A stretch of 35,987 nt of DNA from Candidatus Liptonbacteria bacterium (lineage in GTDB: Bacteria; Patescibacteriota; Minisyncoccia; UBA6257; 2-01-FULL-56-20): NCBI GenBank assembly GCA_016212635.1, contig JACRFR010000023.1, forward strand, positions 1 through 35,987, given 5' to 3'. The translations under genes and the position numbers were made by a program. This document shows, piece by piece, positions 1 through 7,264 of the stretch (position 1 is the first letter of the stretch; each line of letters begins with the position of its first letter). The notes below the pieces were generated by a model, which ran no database searches, was not told the origin of the DNA, and saw nothing but the letters and a program-made list of their open reading frames with translations.

Positions 1-10
1 TGAAAAATAT

Positions 11-105
11 CCGGGATCCATTCAGTATTCCCACCTGGATTCTCCGCCGGAGGCGGACAGGCGGCTCCAAGCTCGCCCCGCACTTGATGCGGGGGCCGGA
101 ATGAC
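11..105. repeat. REP-like composite hairpin (…GGATCCA…TGGATTC…GGAATGAC) with nested short palindromes
   Basis: Ends in GGAATGAC like the 32968-33055 element; contains palindromes TCCGCCGGAGGCGGA (43-57) and CCCCGCACTTGATGCGGGG (76-94); the left part probably lies outside the window. Confidence 0.45.
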
Positions 106-248
106 ACCACTTGGGTAGTTTTCAGTTCATACCTCGTCAGCGTGCTGCGAGGTGGTTGATTGGAAATGGCGTGATTCAAGCCTCTTCGCGGTTACCGGCC
201 ACTGCCCCCGTTGCCCCACGCCATCCATTGGAAGTCGCGAGCCGTATT

Positions 249-284
249 TGGTATTATATTATCCGATCGACCAGTATAATACCA
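249..284. repeat. 36-bp imperfect palindrome, family A, upstream of PaaX-like gene 1; contains TATAAT (275-280)
   Basis: TGGTATTATA-ttatc-CGATCG-accag-TATAATACCA; near-copy at 1028-1065. Confidence 0.85.
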
Positions 285-323
285 GAAACAATTTAAAGAA
301 CGGCCAGGGGCTGATCAGGGAAT

Positions 324-944
324 ATGAAAGGGGATTGGACCATACAAATTCTGGAAGGGTTTAAACAGGCCGCGCTGGACCTGCCTACGGCGCTACAGGC
401 GTTTTTGGAATCGGGCTACGGGGCCAGCGCCGGGAAGATGATTCGCCGGTTCGACGAACTGCAAAACCAGAAGTTGATCGAACGCCAAGAAGACGAGTTG
501 TTTTCTCGCGAGCGGCGCCGGTTCTATAATCTCGTATCCTGGCTGAAAAAGGACGGATTGGTAGAGGCCAAGCGGCGACCGGCAGGGATCTTTTATCGAA
601 CTACCAGCAAGGGACTGAAGAAGCTTGAACATTTGTATCACAGGAAAAGTTCCGTTTTGCCCGCGCCTAGATATTCCGGCGTTCCAAGCAACCGTTTGAC
701 CATCGTCAGTTACGATATACCCGAGCGTCACCGCCGCAAGCGACGCTGGGTAAGTGCGTGTCTGCTAGGTTTGGGCTTTCAAGCCGTGCACCGGAGCGTC
801 TATCTGGGGAAGGTGGTCCTGCCGCGGGAGTTTATCCAGAGCATCGGTCGATTGAAACTAGCGGGATATTTGGAAATATTCGAGATCACTAAGTCCGGTA
901 CCTTGCGCCGACTGACCGAGCCCTCGACCGGGAGTAACTCTTAG
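324..944 (+). CDS. PaaX-like protein: winged-HTH plus Cas2/VapD-like domain (206 aa)
   Basis: LVSWLKKDGLV…YRTTSKG wHTH signature, then IVSYDIPE…LLGLGFQAVHRSVYLG typical of the PaaX central/Cas2-like domain; no PaaX C-terminal domain. Confidence 0.8.
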   Translation: MKGDWTIQILEGFKQAALDLPTALQAFLESGYGASAGKMIRRFDELQNQKLIERQEDELFSRERRRFYNLVSWLKKDGLVEAKRRPAGIFYRTTSKGLKKLEHLYHRKSSVLPAPRYSGVPSNRLTIVSYDIPERHRRKRRWVSACLLGLGFQAVHRSVYLGKVVLPREFIQSIGRLKLAGYLEIFEITKSGTLRRLTEPSTGSNS

Positions 945-1027
945 GCGATTATGTCTTATCGGAGCGGCGCACAGCGCCGGAATTCTGTTACCAAGATCGG
1001 AATGCTAACCCCCGGTACCTTAACCCT

Positions 1028-1065
1028 CTTGTATTATACCAATCGATCGACCGGTATAATACAAG
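1028..1065. repeat. 38-bp palindrome, family A, downstream of PaaX-like gene 1
   Basis: CTTGTATTATACC-aat-CGATCG-acc-GGTATAATACAAG with perfect 13-bp arms. Confidence 0.9.
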
Positions 1066-1297
1066 CAAGGGGTGGATGGGGGGTGGATTTGGATGTCGGG
1101 TTTTCCCTGCGTCAGAATTTGCGAACCGATTCCCAAACTCTGGTCAGGGGAGCGCGCGGCGGTTGAGGGCGCGCGCTCCGAAGCGTTTTTCCTTTGACCG
1201 TCAGTGGGGGGACGGTCAATCCCGATTAGTCATCGGGACCCGCCCAGGTTTTCGGGCGTACGGGATTGTTCAGCGTCGGCTCCCGCTGGGCCGGATG

Positions 1298-1633
1298 TTA
1301 GGCGTCTGGGGGCGCGAGTTTTGCGAGCTTGCCCCAGACGAAGAAGCTTGCAGTTGGGTGGATCAACTGCCCGGCCGAGTTCCTCTTGAACCCGGCCTCG
1401 AGCATGGTTTTCACCCATGCCCGTGCTTCTTCCTCGGACGTCTCATACGACTGGACGTCCGCGTTGTACGGCCACCAGGCCGTACAATCCGCCGGCTTAC
1501 TGCACCGGCGGATCTCCCCCCTGAAACCGGGCGGGGGCGCCAATCGCTCCCCCCCGGTGTCCGGCACCAGGGAGGCGCTCCCCCATCGATCTTCCCCGTT
1601 TGGCTCATTCCGAGCCAAAAATTCTATTTTCAT
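1298..1633 (-). CDS. hypothetical protein (111 aa, MKIEFLARNEP…)
   Basis: ATG at 1633 preceded by an AGGAG Shine-Dalgarno; plausible composition; no family recognised. Confidence 0.55.
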   Translation of the reverse strand: MKIEFLARNEPNGEDRWGSASLVPDTGGERLAPPPGFRGEIRRCSKPADCTAWWPYNADVQSYETSEEEARAWVKTMLEAGFKRNSAGQLIHPTASFFVWGKLAKLAPPDA

Positions 1634-1848
1634 GTCTTCTCCTTTCGATTTCCCCCTTGGGGGATGTTCTAACCGCACCTTTGCGTTCGAAAGGAGTTTC
1701 CGCAGTAACAATCTTGCGGAAAGCGGGCTGTTGATTTTTCTCCCATCTCCCCTCCTCGGGCAGGAGGGGAAACCAACAATCCGCTTCCCGCAAGTTTCCC
1801 ACTTCGAATTATCAAAGAGCGACCGGGCCTCATAATACCAGAAGCGGC

Positions 1849-1877
1849 TTGATAATTAAGCCGATTTTAGCTATAAT
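1849..1877 (+). promoter_or_regulatory. sigma70-like promoter for the MNT-HEPN pair
   Basis: TTGATA-17 bp-TATAAT. Confidence 0.6.
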
Positions 1878-1914
1878 ACTGTAGCATAAAGATTGTAATA
1901 TGTCAATATGAAAC

Positions 1915-2035
1915 GGCCTGTCGGAAACGTCAAAAAGTTATTCCCTGAGCCCGTCGAAGGGTAGCTTTTTGGCGGGTACATGGCATGGCCCTCGACAAGC
2001 TCGGGCAATAAAATCGGTGGTTTCCGAACAGCGCC
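1915..2035 (+). mobile_element. ~120-bp MITE-like element, copy 1
   Basis: Near-identical to 28499-28610 and the reverse complement of 35623-35745; right end GTTTCCGAACAGCGCC, degenerate left end; flanked by ATATGAAA on both sides. Confidence 0.8.
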
Positions 2036-2037
2036 AT

Positions 2038-2442
2038 ATGAAAAACGTCAGGAAAATTACAAACTACTTATCTAAAATCCCGGCAATCCAGGCGGTCTAT
2101 CTTTTCGGCTCCGTGGCGGAGGGGCGAGAACGGCAGGACAGCGATGTGGATATAGCGGTGCTTTTGTCGTATAAGTTGACCGCGAGTCAGCGTTTTCATT
2201 TACGGACCAGATTGTCTGCTGATCTTGCCGGGCAAATGAAGCGTCGAGTGGATGTAGTAGTATTAAACGACGTCCAATCGGTGTTTTTTAAGTATGTGAT
2301 CATCAAAGAGGGTCGGTTGATCTATCAAAGGTCCGAACTGTCGCGGGCGGAGTTTGAGTGTCGGACGCTTGGCGACTACTTTGACTTTCAACCGTTCCTT
2401 AATCTGTATAATCAACATTATGTCACGCGAAACGCGCGCTAA
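2038..2442 (+). CDS. minimal nucleotidyltransferase (MNT) antitoxin
   Basis: YLFGS-x10-DVD motif (GSVAEGRERQDSDVD) and VDVVVLN; start moved to ATG 2038 because the upstream ORF extension is the repeat element. Confidence 0.9.
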   Translation: MKNVRKITNYLSKIPAIQAVYLFGSVAEGRERQDSDVDIAVLLSYKLTASQRFHLRTRLSADLAGQMKRRVDVVVLNDVQSVFFKYVIIKEGRLIYQRSELSRAEFECRTLGDYFDFQPFLNLYNQHYVTRNAR

Positions 2443-2869
2443 AATCATCGCCAAGCTGGATAAGCTGGATGAGTATCTGGAGTATTTGGCTAAAATCAGG
2501 CGGGTGGACGAGAAGACCTTTTTGGCAGATTACCGCATATTCGGCGCGGCCGAGCGCTACCTGCAGTTAGCCATTGAAGTTCTCCTGGATGTCGGCAAAC
2601 TCTTAGTGGTTTTGGAAAACCTGCGTCGGCCGGATACTAATCAGGATATTTTCACCATCCTCGCCGAACGGAAAGTAATTTCTCGAGCGCTTCTGGATCG
2701 CCTGCAGAGGCTGGTCGGTTTCCGGAATATTTTAGTGCACGACTATGAAAAAATAGACCGGCAGATCGTGTTTCGGAACTTGCGCCGCAATCTCAAGGAC
2801 TTTCAAGATTTTCGCCGCGCGATTATCCGGTATCTCCGCGGGTCCAGCGGTCCATACAAAAAGTCATAG
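2420..2869 (+). CDS. HEPN/DUF86 RNase toxin (HepT-like)
   Basis: AAERYLQLAIE and the R-x4-H motif FRNILVHDY; ATG 2420 overlaps the MNT end. Confidence 0.9.
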   Translation: MSRETRAKIIAKLDKLDEYLEYLAKIRRVDEKTFLADYRIFGAAERYLQLAIEVLLDVGKLLVVLENLRRPDTNQDIFTILAERKVISRALLDRLQRLVGFRNILVHDYEKIDRQIVFRNLRRNLKDFQDFRRAIIRYLRGSSGPYKKS

Positions 2870-2880
2870 AGCTAGCGATT

Positions 2881-2912
2881 ACCCCACCTACCTCCCCTTA
2901 GAAAAGGGGAGG
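2881..2912 (+). repeat. REP-like hairpin, DUF559-associated family
   Basis: ACCCCACCTA-CCTCCCCTT-agaa-AAGGGGAGG; siblings at 4886-4917, 5271-5302 and 34135-34170. Confidence 0.75.
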
Positions 2913-2929
2913 AACAAAAAACCGATCTT

Positions 2930-4855
2930 ATGACCTCTCAAGAAATCCGACAAAAGTATCTGGATTTCTTTGCCGCCCGGGGGCATGCGATTATTCCCTC
3001 CGCTTCGCTCCTGCCGGAGAACGACCCCACTACGCTTTTCACCGGTTCCGGCATGCAGCCGCTCGTGCCTTGCCTTTTGGGCGAGGCGCATCCTTTGGGC
3101 CGGCGGTTAGTTAACTCCCAGAAAAGTTTCCGGGCGGAGGACATGGACGAGGTGGGTGATAATCGTCATACCACGTTCTTCGAGATGCTGGGCAACTGGT
3201 CACTCGGGGATTATTTCAAAAAAGAACAACTGGCTTGGTTTTTTGAATTTTTAACCGACGGGGTGGGGCTTGACCCACAACGATTATATATCTCGGTTTT
3301 TGCGGGAGACGAGAAGAATAGCGTGCCTCGCGATACGGAATCGGTGGAAATCTGGAAAAAGGCTTTTGCTGCCAAAGGTATTGAAGCTCGAGACGCAGAG
3401 CTTTTAACCGAAGCGCGAGGCGGCGAGTTGGGCATGCAAGACGGGCGGATTTTTTATTACGACGCCAAGAAAAACTGGTGGAGCCGTTCCGGTACGCCGG
3501 ATCAGATGCCCGCGGGCGAACCGGGCGGACCGGACTCGGAGGTATTTTTCGATTTTCAAACTCCGCACGATCCGAAATTCGGCAAAGAGTGCCACCCCAA
3601 CTGCGACTGCGGACGGTTCATGGAAATCGGGAACTCGGTTTTCATGGAATACCGGAGAGTAATCGCCAATAATGCCAATAGCGGAGGTAATAATGCGAAT
3701 AAAAATAGGGGCGAATGGTTCGAGAAGCTGCCGCAGAGGAATGTGGACTTCGGCGGGGGATTGGAGCGGATTGCGGCAGCCTCCATCAACTGTCCGGATA
3801 TTTTTAAAATAGACACGCTTGGCGCAATTCTTGAGGAGATGAAACGACGATTCAGCTGGGATTATGATTTAGCAAGTGACGGAGAGAGAAAAATCATGAG
3901 AATAGTAGCCGACCATCTCCGCGCTGCTGTTTTTATGGCAGGCGACGGAGTGTTCCCGTCAAATAAGCACCGAGGATATATGCTTAGGAAAATCTTGCGC
4001 AGAGCCATATTTAAAGCACATAAATTGGCCTCTGGTTTTTCTAATCTATACCCCCTTGCTAACACGGTAATCTCCTCTTATAAATCGGCCTACCCGGAGT
4101 TGGCGGAAAGAAGTAAAGATATCCATTCGGTTCTAGAAGAGGAGGAAATGAAATTCATGAAAACTATTGTGGGTGGAACAAGGGAATTCGAACATCTGGT
4201 AAAAAATGGAAAAATTACCGGTGTAGATGCGTTTAATCTTTACCAGAGTCATGGATTCCCTTGGGAGCTGACCGAGGAGTTGTCTTTGCAGCGTGGTCTA
4301 GATGTGAATCCCGCGGAGTTCCAGGCGGAATTTGAAAAGCACCAAGAGTTGTCTCGCACCGCTTCCGCCGGAACATTCAGGGGCGGTTTGGCGGACCAGA
4401 GCGAGCCGGTGGTGCGGTTGCATACAACCACCCATCTCTTGAACGCGGCATTGCGGAAGGTGCTGGGCGATCACGTTTGGCAAAAGGGCAGCAATATCAC
4501 CCCCGAACGGACCCGGTTTGACTTCACTCACGCGGCGAAACTAACCGAAGAACAGAAACAAGAGGTGGAAAAAATAGTGAACGAGGCGATCGCGCGGGAC
4601 TATGAGGTGAAAAAGGAAGTTCTGCCGCTCGAGGAGGCGCGGAAGTTGGGAGCAATCGGCGTTTTCGGCGAGAAGTATTCGGATACGGTGAGCGCTTACA
4701 CTGTTTGGGATCCTGAAACCGGCGAAGTATTCAGCCGGGAGTTCTGCGGCGGCCCGCACGTGGCGCACACTGGGGAAATCAAGGGTAAGTTCCATGTCGT
4801 AAAGGAAGAAGCCGTAGCCGCCGGAGTGCGCAGGATAAAGGGGGTGGTAGAATGA
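2930..4855 (+). CDS. alaS: alanine--tRNA ligase, short form without the C-Ala domain
   Basis: DPTTLFTGSGMQP, HTTFFEMLGNWSLGDYFK, VDFGGGLER, ADHLRA; editing motifs HTTTH and EFCGGPH; ends at AAGVRRI. Confidence 0.97.
   Translation: MTSQEIRQKYLDFFAARGHAIIPSASLLPENDPTTLFTGSGMQPLVPCLLGEAHPLGRRLVNSQKSFRAEDMDEVGDNRHTTFFEMLGNWSLGDYFKKEQLAWFFEFLTDGVGLDPQRLYISVFAGDEKNSVPRDTESVEIWKKAFAAKGIEARDAELLTEARGGELGMQDGRIFYYDAKKNWWSRSGTPDQMPAGEPGGPDSEVFFDFQTPHDPKFGKECHPNCDCGRFMEIGNSVFMEYRRVIANNANSGGNNANKNRGEWFEKLPQRNVDFGGGLERIAAASINCPDIFKIDTLGAILEEMKRRFSWDYDLASDGERKIMRIVADHLRAAVFMAGDGVFPSNKHRGYMLRKILRRAIFKAHKLASGFSNLYPLANTVISSYKSAYPELAERSKDIHSVLEEEEMKFMKTIVGGTREFEHLVKNGKITGVDAFNLYQSHGFPWELTEELSLQRGLDVNPAEFQAEFEKHQELSRTASAGTFRGGLADQSEPVVRLHTTTHLLNAALRKVLGDHVWQKGSNITPERTRFDFTHAAKLTEEQKQEVEKIVNEAIARDYEVKKEVLPLEEARKLGAIGVFGEKYSDTVSAYTVWDPETGEVFSREFCGGPHVAHTGEIKGKFHVVKEEAVAAGVRRIKGVVE
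3656..3700 (+). repeat. 45-bp dispersed repeat inserted in-frame in alaS
   Basis: AGAGTAATCGCCAATAATGCCAATAGCGGAGGTAATAATGCGAAT; siblings at 13009, 13608 and 28713 (reverse). Confidence 0.85.
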
Positions 4856-4873
4856 GGGGAGAAGGGGGAGCAA

Positions 4874-5259
4874 TTAAGTTTCTTTCCCCTCCTTGTCTAA
4901 GGAGGGGGAGGGGAGGTGCTCCCGAATTTTTTGGAGCACGGCTGGCAAGCTCGAATAAATGTCGTTATTAGTAAATCTTAAAAATCGCACGCCAAAAGAT
5001 TCTATGTATTTTTGACGCCTCCGATCTTGTTGCGGGGTATCGCCTATGAAATGTGAATCCCCGTCAATTTCAATCGCCAATTTACGAGCGGGGCAACAAA
5101 AATCGACAACAAAAGAGTCAAAACATATTGTCTGCGGAACCTAGATCCTGATTGTTTTTATCTCAACTTCGACCAGAGTATGATCTCGGCCGCTGGCATG
5201 TTCTGGCGCAAAGCCCTGCGCGCGATTCTCGTGGTTCTTCGATTGAATATTCGAGTCAT
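4874..5259 (-). pseudogene. DUF559 (Vsr-like) endonuclease pseudogene
   Basis: MTRIFNRRTTRIARRALRQNMPAAEIILWSKLR, in-frame TAA (5160-5158), KQSGSRFRRQY, then a frameshift into DSFVVDFCCPARKLAIEIDGDSH…GVRFLRFTNNDI; 386 nt, not a multiple of 3. Confidence 0.85.
4886..4917 (-). repeat. REP-like hairpin at the 3' end of the DUF559 pseudogene
   Basis: CCCCTCCTT-gtct-AAGGAGGGG-GAGGGGAGGT. Confidence 0.7.
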
Positions 5260-5270
5260 GAAATGATTTT

Positions 5271-5302
5271 ACCCCACCTAACCTCCCCTTAGAAAGGGGA
5301 GG
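5271..5302 (+). repeat. REP-like hairpin upstream of the DUF559 pseudogene
   Basis: ACCCCACCTAACCTCCCCTT-aga-AAGGGGAGG; inverted relative to the 4886 copy. Confidence 0.75.
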
Positions 5303-5310
5303 AGTACATG

Positions 5311-5319
5311 TGCTATACT
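5311..5319 (+). promoter_or_regulatory. extended -10 promoter, leaderless type
   Basis: TGCTATACT 6 nt before ATG 5326. Confidence 0.55.
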
Positions 5320-5325
5320 TACCTC

Positions 5326-5985
5326 ATGCAAACCATAACCAGTCGGGACTGGAAGGCGATTCTGATTATTGGCGCCGGGGTCGGCTTACTTGTCCAACCG
5401 CTGGTCGCGAACCTTTGGCCGGTGATCAGTCTGCCCTTTCGAGTTGTAATCTCTCTCGGTTTTATGGTTTTGTCGGTCAGCATACCTTTACAAGTCGTAA
5501 TTTTTCTAGGCTTTGCAGTTTTAGCTCCGGTGGCTCTCTGGATCGCGGCGATGCTTACTCGTTGGCTACCGGGAATTTTTCAATTTGCCAAGTTCGCCGC
5601 AGTTGGCACTCTTAATTCTTTCGTGGATTTAGGCGTGCTCAACTTGCAGATTTGGTTTTTCGGCGGCACTGCCGGCTTGGCTTACGGAGTTTATAAGTCC
5701 GTTTCGTTCGTAGTGGCTAACGCCAATAGTTTTGTCTGGAATAAGCACTGGACGTTCAACGAGAAGAAACCGACCACCGGCCGCGAAGCCCTGTTGTTCT
5801 ACCTGGTGGCGGCTGCAGGCTGGGCGGTGAATGTCGCCGTGGCTTCGGTGGTGGTGAACTATGTGGCCGCGCCGACGAGCATCGCCCCCAAGCTTTGGGC
5901 TAATATCGGAGCGATCCTGGGTATGGTTTTCTCTCTGGCGATCAATTTCTTGGGATATAAGTACTTGGTCTTTAAGGAAAAATAA
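5326..5985 (+). CDS. GtrA family membrane protein
   Basis: QFAKFAAVGTLNSFVDLGVLN, NSFVWNKHWTF, INFLGYKYLVF; extra N-terminal TM helices. Confidence 0.85.
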   Translation: MQTITSRDWKAILIIGAGVGLLVQPLVANLWPVISLPFRVVISLGFMVLSVSIPLQVVIFLGFAVLAPVALWIAAMLTRWLPGIFQFAKFAAVGTLNSFVDLGVLNLQIWFFGGTAGLAYGVYKSVSFVVANANSFVWNKHWTFNEKKPTTGREALLFYLVAAAGWAVNVAVASVVVNYVAAPTSIAPKLWANIGAILGMVFSLAINFLGYKYLVFKEK

Positions 5986-6121
5986 GCCGGGAAACTGCAA
6001 TCCATGCGTGTCTTGCAAACAGTTCTAATCATTATCGGTGTGGTCGTGCTCCTAGCTGCCGTCGGCTATTTGGCCAGCTCGCAATCACTTTCATCTGCTT
6101 GGCGCTAGGACCTGAAACAAC

Positions 6122-7240
6122 ATGCCCCGAGAGAACAATAAAAGCCATTACTTCTACTTCGCGATCCTTTTGGGCGCGCTGGCCATGGTCGGCGCGATCC
6201 TTTTGCCCTTTTTGACCGTTTTGGTTTTCGCCGTCACTTTCGCAGTGGTATTCTATCCTTTGCACCGGCGCTTGTTGCGCACCCTGCCTGCTTGGCCAGG
6301 AGTGGCCGCGTTCCTGTCCTCTCTTTTGGTGATCGTCGTAGTCCTGATCCCGCTCACCGCCCTGGGTATTTCCGCTTGGAGCGAGGCCGGCAACTTATAC
6401 GCGAAACTGACGCAACAACCGAGCGGCACTATGGCTCTGGGCGGTGTTGCGGGTCGGGTTCAGGAACTTTTGCCCCCGTCGGCGCGAGCTTGGCTGGCCA
6501 ACTCGCCGGTTGACGCGGATCGGTACATAGCCCAAGTTTTAGATTGGTTGGTTCAGAAAGGCGGCCAATTTTTCTCCGGTGCGACGCAATTCGTGTTCGG
6601 TTTCGTGCTGATGCTGATCGCGCTGTATTACTGTTTTAAAGACGGCGCGCGCTTGGCCCGCGGCGTGGTCGAACTTTGTCCGCTGGCACCGGATCATACC
6701 CGCCGCATTTTGGAACGGCTGCGGCAAACCGTAGTGTCAGTGGTCTTAGGATCCTTAGTGGTAGCTCTGGTTCAGGGTATTTTGGCAGGCATCGGTTTTA
6801 CCTTATTCGGCTTGCCCCAGGCGGCGATTTGGGGCTTGGTCACGGTCGCCGCCGCCCTTTTGCCGGTTCTAGGCACGCCGATCGTGACTGTGCCGGCATC
6901 CTTATACCTAATTTGGACCGGCAACCTGGTGAATGGAGTAGGGCTCTTGGCCTGGAGCTTGCTGATTGTCGCGCTGATCGACAACGTACTCCGTCCGTTC
7001 ATTATCCGGCGCGGAGTAGACCTTCACCCCCTGTTTATTTTGCTGGGCGTCTTGGGCGGGATCACCTTCTTCGGCCCGGCGGGATTTCTTTTGGGCCCGA
7101 TCGCAGTGGCTTTCTTGTTTGTTCTCTTAGACCTATATCCCGAGCTGGCTCACCCCGCTAGAGAATGCCCCGCGGCCCACCCTACCCGAAGTTCCATTTC
7201 TAACGGGGTAAACCGCAAGTCCGGCAGGGATGAGGAGTGA
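6122..7240 (+). CDS. AI-2E family transporter
   Basis: AVVFYPLHRRL, LYYCFKDG, VALVQG, IDNVLRP, LHPLFILLGVLGG…FGPAGFLLGP. Confidence 0.92.
   Translation: MPRENNKSHYFYFAILLGALAMVGAILLPFLTVLVFAVTFAVVFYPLHRRLLRTLPAWPGVAAFLSSLLVIVVVLIPLTALGISAWSEAGNLYAKLTQQPSGTMALGGVAGRVQELLPPSARAWLANSPVDADRYIAQVLDWLVQKGGQFFSGATQFVFGFVLMLIALYYCFKDGARLARGVVELCPLAPDHTRRILERLRQTVVSVVLGSLVVALVQGILAGIGFTLFGLPQAAIWGLVTVAAALLPVLGTPIVTVPASLYLIWTGNLVNGVGLLAWSLLIVALIDNVLRPFIIRRGVDLHPLFILLGVLGGITFFGPAGFLLGPIAVAFLFVLLDLYPELAHPARECPAAHPTRSSISNGVNRKSGRDEE
7152..7209. repeat. 58-bp inverted-repeat element inside the 3' end of the AI-2E gene
   Basis: ACCCCGCTAGA…TCTAACGGGGT (10/11 inverted match). Confidence 0.6.
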
Positions 7241-7264
7241 GTGACGGCGGAACATCGGCGCTTC

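Noticed and set aside
1076-1835. Plus-strand ORFs 1076-1672 and 1329-1835
   Set aside because: R/P/S-rich with no SD or motifs; the minus-strand ORF 1298-1633 is better supported.
1969-2037. N-terminal extension of MNT, and ORFs 28405-28635, 35552-35761 and 35578-35790
   Set aside because: These are translations of the MITE-like repeat.
2930-4855. alaS as a truncated pseudogene
   Set aside because: Aminoacylation and editing motifs are intact; only the C-Ala domain is missing, a known natural short form.
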